Shown here: positions 1 through 12,560 of the stretch, piece after piece
Numbering within the stretch: the first letter of the stretch is position 1
Layout: each line of letters begins with the position of its first letter
From: Catajapyx aquilonaris
Taxonomy: Eukaryota
Reading direction: 5' to 3'
NCBI GenBank assembly: GCA_000934665.2
Contig: JYFJ02000031.1
Span: 1-64,000, forward strand
DNA: 64,000 bases
Translations under genes and position numbers: made by a program
Notes under the pieces: generated by a model
Told to the model about the DNA's origin: nothing
Seen by the model: the letters and a program-made list of their open reading frames with translations, nothing else
Database searches by the model: none

Positions 1-1420
1 AACCGACCGACCATCGGTCCAAAACCTGATTTGTAAACAGAGGCGGAAGTTTTTGAGGGACTTTCTCCACCAAAAGGCTGTCAAGCAAGAGGGAGTCAAA
101 GTAGAAAACCCTCATCTATTATGCCTCTCATCGACTTGAATATACAGCTAGTCCGGCTCGTGCCAGGGTCGCTCCGGGGCAGGAAATCGCTGGAGAATAC
201 TCCAAAATTTTATGGCAAGAAATCACTCCTAGTGAAAACATATTTGGGTGCAGGAAATCAGCATAAAATCCATAATTTTCATATATACAATCCATGTCGA
301 TATCATGGATTGTCTATATGAAAATTATGGATTTTACAGCAATTTCCTGCATCCAAATATCCATATAGACATAATGGATTGTCCATGTGATAATTATGGA
401 ATTTATATGGATATTTCCTGCACTCACTATGGAACGATTTCTTGCCATAAAAATTTGGAGCTATATTCATCAATCATCATCAATTTCTATGAGATCATGT
501 CGCCAGAAATCACCAAATCGACCATCTTCAAACTGGAAAGACTCTGCCCTCTTCTTCACTCCAACCCTCAAATCCAACATAAGCAACCAGCTTCCTTCTC
601 CCTGTAAAATAATATGAAACATCCGGATCTAGATCCAGCCACAACCCCCCCGGAAAAGCACCAAGACATTACTCCACCACAAAAAAAAAAAAAATCCTTA
701 GAGAGAAGCCCCGAGAAAGAAATAAAATAGAGAGAGCAACTCTTAGAGTTCCCAACCTCCCTCTGAACCAATATAAACCTCCGCCTAGCTTCTGGGTGGA
801 CTCGAAAAAGAGAGCGTGTACAAGACAGGCCTGACGATTTGTGCCTCGCACGACCCCGCCGAAGAATCCGGGGCAGACCCCGAGAAAAGAAGAGGAGGTT
901 ACCCCCCATTTTTTTCAAAAAAAGAAGAGGAAGTTTCGAAGCTCCGAAAGTTTCTCCAGAGGTTTTCCCAGCAGATCCCCACCTTTGCTTGAAACCCAGC
1001 ATAATAATAGGTCCGATTTGCATAGAGAAGAGGCGTAACATCCATAGAGATAACCTTGAACCTAGTAGTAAGGCTAATCCTCGCCTTTCCTTCCTTCTAG
1101 GCTCCTTGGTTATTAAAAGCCAGCTCCTCTGTAGCATTCCAAGCAAAACTCTTGTCTCCTTCAGGCCTGGTCCCCGGCTCTCATTCGCCTCATTTGGGGC
1201 TCTCCCACGCTCCGTTGCATCCTCTACCTCCCCCTTTTTCCTTCGAACAAAACTCTGGAAGCCCCCCCACGGTATAAGAGAGGATCAGGAGGACATTGTT
1301 TCAAACTCGGTGACAATGCCAGTGGTGCTGGAGAAGGTGGGCGGACCTTTGGATTGGGCTGGGCCAGAAGACTTCTGGTTCTGGCAGGTGGATGGATGGT
1401 GTTGGTATATATTTATAATA

Positions 1421-1763
1421 TAATTTAATAGTTCTGATAATATAATTTATTATAACTAACAAATTATATTATCACAAAGTTGTGATAATATAATTTATTA
1501 GTTGTGATAATTATTATCACAACTAATAACTACACTGTAAACCGCAAAACATTAAAAGAGCATCACTGGTGAGTTTCCCATGGAGCATCAATTTGTAATG
1601 CTCTTGTGATGCTTTTTAGCAACAAAAGAAGCATCACAAGAGCATTACAAATTGATGGGAGACTCACAGTGATGCTCTTTTAATGTGGTTTACAGTGTAG
1701 TTATTAGTTGTGATAATATAATTTATTACGACTAATAAATTATATTATCACAACTAATAACTA
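1421..1763. repeat. AT-rich nest of inverted repeats of one motif (gttgtgataatataatttatta) surrounding the MITE
   Basis: Palindromes at 1495-1529 (17-bp arms) and 1698-1763 (31-bp arms, 4-nt loop), plus further degenerate copies. Confidence 0.8.
1533..1697. mobile_element. Fold-back MITE, CACT-type (CMC/EnSpm-like) termini
   Basis: TIR CACTGTAAACC...GGTTTACAGTG flanked by TA on both sides; internal inverted segments (acattaaaagagcatcactg; tttgtaatgctcttgtgatgct). Confidence 0.7.
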
Positions 1764-1900
1764 TAGTCATAAATGCTCGTTGTAATGCAGAACATTGAGC
1801 GAGAAATAACTTGGGAAGGAACTCAGTAGATGGAGCAGGCTGCTTTATAGTGATTCAAAAATTCTTGCGGCACGACATGACTTGTATGCGTTTTAATCTA

Positions 1901-2215
1901 CACTCTCTAAAACTATGCCATTTGTGAGTGAATTTATTTCCGCGAAGAGGACGTTAACGACAATCGAGTGGGAAATTACTCGAAAGAAGTGAGAATTACT
2001 AGGAGACTTCTCTTTCAGTGAGTGAAACCCATTTCACTCAAGTTGAGTGGTTTTTCGCTCAAATTGAGCGGGAAATTTGAGTGAAATTATCGCTCAGTTA
2101 GAGTGAAAATATTATTCACCCGAGTGATCGAGTGATTTGCACTCAGAAATGGTGTGAGTCAAATCAAGAAGGAGAAAGAGTGAAAATCTATCAAATCGAG
2201 TGGAAAAACACTCGA
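1901..2215. repeat. Cluster of GAGTGA(A)/TTCACTC motifs; possible CACT-type MITE remnant
   Basis: Begins ta|CACTCTCTAAAAC and has many gagtg(a/g) motifs in both orientations; no clear right TIR. Confidence 0.4.
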
Positions 2216-3544
2216 TTTTTTAAATAGAATGGCGCAGAATGAAATGAACCATAAATGCATATTTATGTTTGTAATATTATTCAAAAAAATAGTCATAAAA
2301 TCATGAGTGCCTGGCCAAATAACCAGCGTCAGTCGGCCAGAGTTCAACTTGAAATCTGATTATAGTAAATGGATTGTTGTCAGACTTGGATAGGGCCGTT
2401 TGTTGACAACCTTATCTCCGGGAGCCAGAAATAAGCTCGCTATTATTACTCGTCGAATTATGCGCCTTTCAAGAAGGTCCAATGATGCGAATAAGGTCAG
2501 TAGAAAAAATTGGTAGCATGCCTGTGCGACACCGCGAAAAATTCTTCCCGCCTCCTTTTCGCTTCTGTCTTTGTTGTTTTTGCGGAAGAAGCCAACAACC
2601 ACCTCCCACGGCCGAAACAAAAATAGGCGCCTTCAATTTCTTTGACGTCGACGGTGACGTAGGACCTACCGTCCTTGGATACAAGAATACTCACTGCCAG
2701 AAAACTAAGTGGCGGCAGGTGCAATATCAACATCAATATTTCGGACACTGCAACAATATTTGGTAATACATGTGTATGTTACCGAGTGTCCCAAAAAACA
2801 ACCCGAGCGGAAGATTTGAGGGGAGGTGATGTGAAGGGTATGGGCAAAAACCAAGGGGGTCGATGACTCAAGATTCTAAAATGGTGCCTCCTATTTTAGG
2901 ACCGGCTTGTGCCTTCTCTCCTTGCCGACCAACCTCCCAGCACCAGCCCAAAAAGCGGCCCCAAAAATGTCCAAAAGATGTCCACCTTGCACTTGGAATC
3001 ACTACTATTTCGAATCAGCTACTTGGATAATTTATGCACAATTTTATATTAGTTCAAATTAACAATTTACAGTACAACCCCCCCCCCCCTTTCAATTGTA
3101 AACGCTCGCGTGTTCCCTGCACGCTTCGGAATGCGCAGTGACCACATTCCATCTGCCACGGCTATATGGCCACCTTCCTACATGAAGCATATACTGGCCT
3201 TTAAAGAGTCAGGGGGTGTATTAGAGGCAATGAAGGCTCGGAATGACTTTACAGCAGCAGCCCTCGGAGATGATGTCATCAATGTCTCGAAGGGAAAGAA
3301 ACGCAGCAGGTTCAATCAACCAAACGCTTCTCTCACTCCCTCCAGAGGAGCCCAGCAATCAGAGCGATATCGATCAGGAAGTGCATTGCCCACGATTTGT
3401 CCATCACGACCAAGCAAAGTACCTCCAGGGGGTAACACTTAATAAGGCCCATTAGCATAAAGACTCCAGCTAGGAGGCTAGATTTCCTAGTGCACGTTCG
3501 GAAGCATCATGAAGAATGAGACTACACAATTTTGGTGACTACAA

Positions 3545-3985
3545 TTAACAAGATATATATTAATTAATTTACTAATTAAGCAGTGGTTAGCTACTTTTCA
3601 TCATTAATCAGTTAATTGATAAATATTACATTAGCAATATTCAGTTAATTTTGCTATATAAATATTAGTTGCATTAGCTACTTTAGCAGTATTAATTTTG
3701 TATGAAAATTAGTTACATTATCAATATGAGTAAATTTTGCTATAAATATTAGATACATTATCAACATTTTTGGTATAAAAATTAGTTACATTCTCAATAT
3801 TAGTTATTTTTGCTCTAGATATTAGTTACATGAGCCACTTTGGCAGTAATAATTTGGTATGAAAATTAGTTATATTAGCCACATTAGCAATATTAGTTAA
3901 TTTTGATGCTATAAATATTAGCTAATGTTGTTGCATATTAGTTAGTGGTGCTATAAATATTAGTTACAATATCAGCTATTTGAAA
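3545..3985. repeat. Degenerate AT-rich minisatellite (~40-bp unit, aatattagttacattagcaatattagttaattttgctata-like)
   Basis: About ten imperfect copies of attagttacatt...aattttg are visible. Confidence 0.75.
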
Positions 3986-5055
3986 AATACCTGTTGTCGC
4001 TAGCCACTAATTTGATAAGCCATCATTCATGGTTACATCTTACAGTACATCCCAGTCAGAGTTTGAAATCTCATTGCGCATTTAACCCACCCCCGCCAGA
4101 CTGTCCACCGTGCATGGCCTTCTGAGAAGCTCCAGCTCATCCACCAGCACGTGACTTATCTTTAAGTGTGTGGCTGACGTCACGTGTCGATACAGCACAC
4201 ATGCAGCAGCTGGTGGGCCATCAAATCGGTCGTCCTTCGGTGGGAAATTGCACCGCGGTCTTATGCAAAAATATTCAAGATGCTATCACTACGGAACCCC
4301 ATAGCACAGGTGGAGTCAACCACGCGCTGCCCACACCCGTGAATGGCGTCGATCAATTTCTGCTAAAACCACGTGGGGTCCAGCTGTGAGGGGCGGCGCC
4401 TCCCCAAAAATGGCGCGAAAAATGGCCGAAACTTTGGATGGGAATGTACCTAAGGGGGGGTTTCGGGCCCATCTTATCTGTGCGCTGCTTCCCCAAAGCT
4501 CCCGACGCCTTTCCCTTAATCTGCCTCATTGCAATGGATGCAAATCTGAGGGGGAGAGGGGGGGGGGAGTAAAGGCTGCTGGAATCGTAATGCGCTCCTC
4601 AGACAGAGTCTCCGGCAGAAGAGAAATGCCCCACTTATTCAGAGCGACTTATTCACGGCTGTCAAACAGCTTCCTGCGTCGCCCTGCTTCCGCCTTTGCT
4701 TCTTCTGCTTCTTAGCCTTGCTCAAAGAAGTACGGAGGCAATGCCCAGGATGACTTGGGGGGGATCGCTACCATGGATGTTTGCTTCGTGCTGATGACAA
4801 GTGTTTCAAATGGTTCGCTGGAAATCTCCATGGTGAGTTCCTCCAGTTCATGCTGGTGCGGCCAATGTCCAAATGGACGAAACAATGTCTCTGTGAAGTC
4901 ATTCTGGACGTGAACAGATGAATGTTCAAAGCAGTACTTGACAGAGACATTGTTTCCTCCCTTTGGACACTGGTCATCAGAATGAACTGTCCTCTCAGCA
5001 GAAGATAAGACAATTGTCAGTTTCTTATGCAGCGCTTCATCAAAGGGCCCTGCTG

Positions 5056-5338
5056 GTACAGTGTTGGACATTAATCGCGTCATACTGCTAGCGACATTTT
5101 CTGTTGCGGCAAATCGAAGTGATATCGTGTGATCCGTGCGAGTAAGAAGAAGTACGCATTGAGTGACGTCACAGGCTGGGGGGCAATGGAGATAAAGGCT
5201 TGTCCCCAGCCAGTGACGTCACTCAAGGGCTACTTCTTCTTACTCGCACCGCTCACACTCTATCACTTCTACTTGCACGTCTGCCGCATCGGAAAATGTC
5301 TCTCAGCAGCATGACGGAATTAATGTCCAGCACTGTAC
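5056..5338. repeat. Imperfect ~280-bp inverted repeat (arms ~130-140 bp, ~13-nt spacer)
   Basis: 5056-5186 aligns to the reverse complement of 5200-5338, including a perfect gtgcgagtaagaagaagta and ttgagtgacgtcac. Confidence 0.9.
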
Positions 5339-7381
5339 TTACAGCCTCAATGAAATGTCCATTGAGGATGACGCCAGAGGGATTTCCCCAGTTGGCCAAT
5401 GGCCCCCAAAAAACGCATCTTCTGTTCCTGATCTGGAGTCTTCCTGGCAGACCTTTTGCCGCTCTTTTACTCTCCCCTAGTGTTTACTTCTCCTCTTGGC
5501 CCCCATGTCTGCCAGCTGGCGGATCCACCATGTTGGCAACATGGTCCTTGGCTAGGGCCATGATGCTACTGGACAGCCAGCCTGGAGCCAGATTCTCCAG
5601 GTGATTTCCCATTCATGTTCCTCGCCGGCCGCCAAAGAGGAATCAATGGGTTGCAGCCCACCCCTAGCTTCCTTGCTCATCCAGGCGACCCCTAGCCCAT
5701 TTGGACCCCTGGCCGAAAACACGTGGGGATGTCACTTGCCATGAGTGGGGGAGGGGCAAAATGGGATGGCTGCCCCACGGAAGCTCTTCACGCTCCCATG
5801 ACCCTTCTTTCGTCCGCCCAGATGAACAGGAGGAGGTGCTAGAGGTACAAACAGTGCCACAAAACATATATTGCAAAGCCCCCCCTCATTTCAGGCTTGG
5901 GAGAACCACACGCGAGCCAAATTTCGCCCCCACCACCACCAACACGTCTGTAATGGAAACTTGCAGCCGAGCACATGACTTGCCCTGTCCTCAACATAAT
6001 ATGTGCATCACGTCCAGTCTCCTCTGCCGTAAACAAACGAGCTCAAGTCAGGGGCCTGTCGCTTCAAGAAAGCCACGTCCGTCCTTACCACTTCACCCGA
6101 AATGAAATGGTGTACTTTGACCTGCCACTCTCCAGCCTCCGTACCACCTTTGCCAACTCCTAAACACCAAGAGCTCCACCCCAACCGGAAACCACTGGCA
6201 TTTACCCCAACCCCAGGAGGGGGTAAGTTGCGCCAGAGGATCAGGAGATCGTTTCATTACTTATGGAAGATGTTAGCTCACATCCGATCAGGAGATTATC
6301 AACATGGTGTGTTAAATAAAATCGTTTTGAAGAGGAATTCGGCATATGTGTAAATGGTATGCACTTCATGGCGGTGGGGATCTGTGTACAAAGCTCTACC
6401 TGCAGCATAACTTGAATTAGGGCAAATAAAAAAAGCGTAACAAGAAGAACAAAGAATATGATAAGCTGCTTATTAATACGCAGTGGATCGTCAAAAATGA
6501 GCTTCCTGACATGAAAAACAAGCTGCTAATTATTGGATAGCTCCTTTCAGATATTATTGAAAATATTAGATGCTCATATTAGTTTACATGTATGTCCTTG
6601 AAATGGCAGTGGATTCAACCCTTGACCTCTGACCAATAAGTGTTCCCAGTGGGTCAATCTGTGAGCAACCTGGATAACTTGGTTAAGCCCCCACATACCA
6701 CAATTTTACTGCAAAATTTATTAATAGAAACTAATATTAGGATAATAACTGTTTCATTTAAAGCAGCTTAGTGGAAACAATCGGAACGCAATGTGTGGAA
6801 GCCATAATTAGCCCCCATTCCTTTGCAGATAGTGTGGCCCTTTGGCAGTTATTTACACCACTACTGCAAGGCCATCCCTCCTAACCAGTTCCATTGTGCT
6901 ATTCAATTCAAGTGCAAATAAGTTCATTTGTCCTGATTACATAAGGCTTGGAGAGCACAAGCAATGGTTAGAGAAGGATATTGAATCAATCCTTATTAGG
7001 AGAGGGAGACGAAGAGAGGCTGAGTTTGTAGTGAAAACCGACAAAGTCCAAAGGCATTCCGAAGGAATCTAGGCCATAAACGAGCTGAAGGGGAATGGTT
7101 ATATAGCTAAAGGAAGAAACATTTGGAGCATCACCTGTCCAATCCTTCGAAAAGCCCCGTCATAATCCCCTCAGCACCTGTCGACATACGTTACGTCGTG
7201 AGCCTCTTCCGCCTTTCCGGTACGTGTATCATCTTCACGTGGCGTACGTTATGAGATGATATGTCTTACGTAAATTATGGGTTCGACTCGCTGTCAAATA
7301 ATAAATGGATATCACTAACTGCTATAGACAGTATAGCTAGAGTATATGGAAATGTACGGTGATTTTTAAGGTCTTGGTCGC

Positions 7382-7510
7382 ATCAAAACCAGGTTATCTT
7401 CTGGTCGAACACTTTCAAAAACAGACTATTCAGATTTAGTGTGTCTTTCCACGTTCCAGGTAACCTCTACCAATGAGAGGTGGACCAATTGTGAAAATGT
7501 TCCATATATT
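7382..7510 (+). repeat. Dispersed repeat, copy 1 (copy 2 at ~29742-29880)
   Basis: Shared atcaaaaccagg(t/c)tatcttct, attcagatttagt and ccaatg.gaRgtggacca...gtgaaaatgtt. Confidence 0.7.
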
Positions 7511-9019
7511 GGAAATTGGAAATTACCAAAAATTAACAGACTTTTGACAACATGAGAGCCAGATTTTCATAATGACCTACTCCGTTATATACATGTTAGA
7601 CTGTTGACCCCCCCAGCAACTACTTCACACAAAAATGCCGCACCAACTGGTTGCTGGAGTCAACAACCAACAATTTCTTCCACTGCACTATCGCAATTGC
7701 GCAATTGCATTGAATCGAATTTTTAAAACTATCGTTAGCGATTACCACTGGGCACAATTTTTCCATTAATTTGTGTTTACACTATTGAAATCACATGGAT
7801 AAGACCTGCGTATTTTTTTTACTGCTTGCAAACTGAACCAACAACATTCGAGATATCACGCATCGCAAGCACATTATGTAACGCCTGTTTACATGTAAAC
7901 TGTACGGAGTGGGTTGCGCGGGTCGCAGATTATTAACTTTTGAGATTGCCAGGAATCAGCTTAACACCCCCTCTTCCCCCCCTACCTTCCACATGGACGA
8001 TACTATCGTCACATATTGATCACATCCTCTACACGCTCTTACACTGTATACCGTACAAAATAAAGGTCATACGCACGTGCTCTTTTTCACCGTACACGCA
8101 ACAGAGCCACACACACACACCATATGTCACTTCCCCAAGGGCGACACCCCGTGTCCTTGAGAGCAAGTATCGCAACGTACTATTCCATAATTTAACTACC
8201 ATGCTACCGTATTTTAAAAAACTGAAGCTAGGCCTACTCACCGTACTGGGGGGTTTAATTTGCAGTGTGTGTGGGCCACCGATGAGTGTGTGTGTGTGTG
8301 TGGTGGGAGGTATGAGGCGTCACTGAGTGTTACCCGGCAGACCTCGCCCCAAAAATAACACCCGCACCGCGACACACTAGTCTGGCCAGGCCTAGAGGGC
8401 AGCTTCCAGCAGAAGACATGTCCGCAGGGTGTGTGTGTTGTACGCACTATCAACACTCGACCCTAGCAACCAACCCTAGCAAAAATAATTTTTGCGAATG
8501 AGTGGGTGTAGTTTGACTGTTTTTTTTTTCTTGTAAAGGACCACCCCTATTATTTGATGTTTCCTCTTTTTCTTTTTTTTTGGCAGTGAGTCCTTCGTAC
8601 CCCCACCTTCCTCCCTCCCCCCCTCGGCAGGGGGTGTCCACACACACACGTACGTTCCTCGCACACCGACTTTTTCACTGCGGCGCAGAATAAGATCTTG
8701 GTAGTTTCAGCTTGTGGGAGGCTCACCCGTCACGTGGCGCCACCGTACGGGATCAAGGAAACTGGGAGGCAAATGGTCCACCAGGCGGATACCATGCGCA
8801 ACTTATATCTGCCGCCTTAGCGTTTGAAACGCGCGGGTTCGTGCGTATGTAACGTGTGTGGATTAGCCAATCAGATGTGAGTAGTGGAAGACACCGGATT
8901 GGCTGATTGGATCATGTGACAGGCAGGTGTGCCAATAGAGGGGAGTTACGTCAGAGCAGAGGGCCAACAAACGTGACGTCATTTGGAAGTTCAAAATCTT
9001 CGGGTTTAAATATGTCTGT

Positions 9020-9460
9020 CATTTACTGTATGTAAGAAATGTACCTAAAATCTCTAAATATGCATTAAAATGTACTCACGTCTATAAATACATAAGATAC
9101 CGTATATAAAAATCAAAAAAATCAAATGTACAGTACGGTATAGGTGAAAATTATAATATGATTGTATAAATTAAAATGTGTGTAAATTTTTTAAAAAATC
9201 TAGTGTGCGTAAAAATGAAGTGAAATGTACAGTGCTGTATGTAAAAATCAAATATGTACCGGTACCGTATGTAAAATTAAAAATTAAAAATGTATGTAAA
9301 AATAAAAACCAAAATATATAAAATGAAAAATGAAAACGTAGCCTACTGTATGTAAAAATAAAAATAAAAATGTGCTGCACGTAAAAATAAAAATCAAATG
9401 TGTATTCTATAAATCTGTATTAAATGTATTTAAACAATACAAATCTGTATGTAAAAATCT
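9020..9460. repeat. AT-rich degenerate tandem array (tatgtaaaaat(c/a)aaa)
   Basis: Many imperfect copies of tgtatgtaaaa(a)t. Confidence 0.65.
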
Positions 9461-9535
9461 AACGCGACTGCTTTCATAGTTCCAAATGATGGTCGTTTTC
9501 GATAGGCCTACTAATGTCCGACAGGATGGAAAATA

Positions 9536-9660
9536 AATTAATAATATTCAATTGCGGACTGGAATAATTCCAGTCCGTAATTGAATATTATTAATTCCTA
9601 TTCGTGTCGATACAACAGTTCCTAATAATAATTATTAGGAACTGTTGTATCGACACGAAT
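9536..9660. repeat. Two adjacent 61-bp palindromes (9536-9596, 9600-9660)
   Basis: Each has 30-bp arms and a 1-nt loop; the first has 1 mismatch and the second is perfect. Confidence 0.95.
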
Positions 9661-10920
9661 TGAGAAGAAAATCTCACGTAATGTTACAGTTATGTTGTGA
9701 CTACAAGAAGTCATTAAACTACATCGTCCGTCCCCACTGAAGTCAGTTTTCCTATAGCTATAAGGACTGCTCTATTTCACTTTCACAAAATCAGTGTTAC
9801 TGTGAAGTTCGCCTACCTGCAGGGTCTCTCTTGTGTCCTGCCGGCTGCGTACTCCGACTAGAATTCCTCTGGTTATTTCTATACTTGGCGACGTGCTAAG
9901 AATAACCGGGGAGAAGCCATTTCAAGGGCTCCTTATAACCCAAAAAATTGCGGGACCGATTTGATCACAATTTTTTTGCACACAAAAAATTCCCATATCA
10001 TCTAATATTTCTGGCATAATTCGCGTAATTGGAACCCAAGTCTGGCTTTAAAATCCCCAACCGAGAGAGGGTTTTAACCCTTTGCAAAAATTGCTCTTGT
10101 TTGGCCACGGCTCAGAGTTATTCTAATTATATTCCTCAGTTTTTGCAGTGAGGGGGGGAGGGGGGAGGAGGAACCAAAAAGCAAAGCTGGCAGTCCCCAT
10201 CCGACTGGAGGATTAAGTCCAGTTGTCATGTTGCTCTTGGAAGGCCAACACCGCTCCCACATAATGTGGATTACATACTGTATGCTTGGATTAACACCGC
10301 TTTCAAAACGGAAGCCTGGTTCGTCGTAAAAAGCGCTGCAAAAAAAAATGTGACATTCCTGAACCTGGTCACCTTGAGGGGGGTCCTTTCACGAGACACC
10401 AAGGTGTTCAGGTAGGTGGGGGTATCGTGGCATGATCGACAATTTAATGAGATTTCTGTCCTCCTCAACCCGTCACATGCCGAAGTGACGTTTGGAACAG
10501 GGTTACCAGCTGGTATTGGGAGTGGCGCCATCTATACTTTGTTATGCTAATCGCAGGCTGGAAGGGCCTATTCACGGAGCGTGGCTGGGGTTTACGCTCT
10601 CCTAAACTGGTTCATTAAAGTGCCTGTTAAGAACCTTGTAACCAGTAGTTCTTTTATGCCCCATTAAGCTACATATATTCAATTTTTTTTACAGACTTTA
10701 AGTCGGCATTCTTGCACAAATCTTTGTATTGCCATCTCACGGAGAATATATGCCCGACAAAACAGGTCACGACGACCTAAATCACCTGTAAGAAATGCGT
10801 TTTACTTCAGACCCCCAAGAGTTACGAGTATTTTACCTCTCACGGCAGGGGTCAAATTAGACTGTCTTGTGACACTAGAAGTTCATAAGAAATTACTGTA
10901 CATTTCGACTGAATACGATG

Positions 10921-11190
10921 TATAGTCATTAATTATTATGGTATTACACTGTTATTTATTTATTTCTGTGAGCAATAAACAATTGACTTTTGTGGAAAAG
11001 CGTTTAAAATTTTTTAAAGTCAAACTTTATTTACTTTACAAGTCTTTCCCTTTGTTCATTCTCAACATTCACATAGTCATTGAATTATGCTGGTACGATA
11101 TTACACTGTTATTTATTTATTTTTGTAAGCAGCAAAAAATCGAATTTTGTAGATAAGCATTAATGTTTTTAAGGCCAACCTTTATTTACC
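10921..11190 (+). repeat. Diverged tandem duplication, ~150-bp period, 2 copies
   Basis: atagtcatt...tattacactgttatttatttattt...caa(a/c)ctttatttac occurs at ~10922 and ~11073. Confidence 0.7.
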
Positions 11191-12272
11191 AGTATGTTCC
11201 ATATATCTATTCTGTTCAGTTAAGTACTGTCTGTCCTTTGATCATTGAAACATCCAAGGCTTTATCAACTGGTCTCACAATTCTAGGCCTCTCAGTAAAA
11301 ACATTATTTTTAAAAATCTATTTCCGTCTAATCCATATTCCAATACTGATCCTTTTTATCTCCCAGAACTATTTGGACCCGGGCCTACATCACCCAAGGT
11401 CCGTCTCTCTTTTGGGCATCCCACCAAAAGCCGCATCCCCATGTCCCCTCGTTTCGATTCGCACCGGTAGAGTTATCATCGAGGCGACTTCGCAATAAAT
11501 CCCGCGCACGTGCGCTCTTCCGGTACTTCCGTCGAAGAGAGAACTCCCCCCAAAAAAACAAACGAAAAAAAGTCATTTGGCAAGCCCAAACCGAGGACAG
11601 AAATAGATATGTCGGAGCCACTAAATAGTGCGGTCTATAACATCCTCCCTGAAATTATATGTCGCCTTCAGCGTTTTGTCGGATATGTAAATTAGGTTTT
11701 ATTTTGTTGGGACACCCCGTGTCAATTAAGACGGGGTCGGAAATCTCAAGCAGATGTAAACGGTTCGCTGAGTGTCTGGTATGGGTACCGGTAGCGCTGG
11801 TTTTTTTTTTTGTATATGAAAGTATATTTTCGTGCTTGAGCAAGCGTTAAATTGCTAGACACTGTATGGGAAGAGTAACCTGCATGTTGTTCCTCAATTA
11901 GGGTTTTACACCTTTATTTCCCATGAGATTGTGTGCAACCTGCGCATATTTGATGAGAATGCGAGCGATTTCCGCATTCTATGAACTGAATGCAAAAAAA
12001 GAGTTTCAGACATTCATATTATATTCTTTAAAAAATAACGGGCTAATATGTTTGCTATTGAATATGCACAAAAACTTAACGATTTTAATTATCGCAATTT
12101 CTTTCACTGTTTGCAAATGAGCATTATTATTTTGGAGAATCAGAATTCCCGCACTTGTCGCCATCTACCAACCAGATCCGCAACTTCTACCTTCACCTGG
12201 CAACCCTGCTCACCAGCTGATCACCCCACAAAAATGGCGGCAACCTTGTGAGTGAACATTCTGGTTGAAAAA

Positions 12273-12560
12273 ATGATAAGAAAAATGTGTCGCCCACTGC
12301 TGCAGAGACTGCACGGTGCGGCAGTGGTACGGGGTGATACCAGACACCTGTGCGGCCGTCAGGAGAAGCTGGAAGAGGTCAAGCAAGAGCCAGAGTACCT
12401 GTACTTCCACCCTGGATGGGACCAGGCCACTAGGGCCAGTCTGGCCAGGGACATGCTGGTCAGGGAGGATTTCCTCAGTCCACAGGAGGAGGACTCACTG
12501 GTGCAGGAGGTGGACCCTTACATGAGGAGGCTCAGATATGAGTTTGACCATTGGGATGAT
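12273..12560 (+). CDS. ALKBH7: ALKBH7 coding exon (5' boundary uncertain)
   Basis: ...DFLSPQEEDSLVQEVDPYMRRLRYEFDHWDD, then donor GTGAGT at 12561. Confidence 0.88.

Noticed and set aside
568..1423. Overlapping 192-aa and 194-aa ORFs
   Set aside because: Low-complexity, homopolymer-rich sequence with no recognisable domain or splice-consistent structure.
3110..3442. 110-aa ORF with protein-like composition
   Set aside because: No recognisable family, no ATG start or convincing splice partners; cannot be supported without a search.
8725..8755. PBS-like TGGCGCCACCGTACGGGA
   Set aside because: Not an exact complement to a tRNA 3' end I can identify, and no gag/pol sequence follows.
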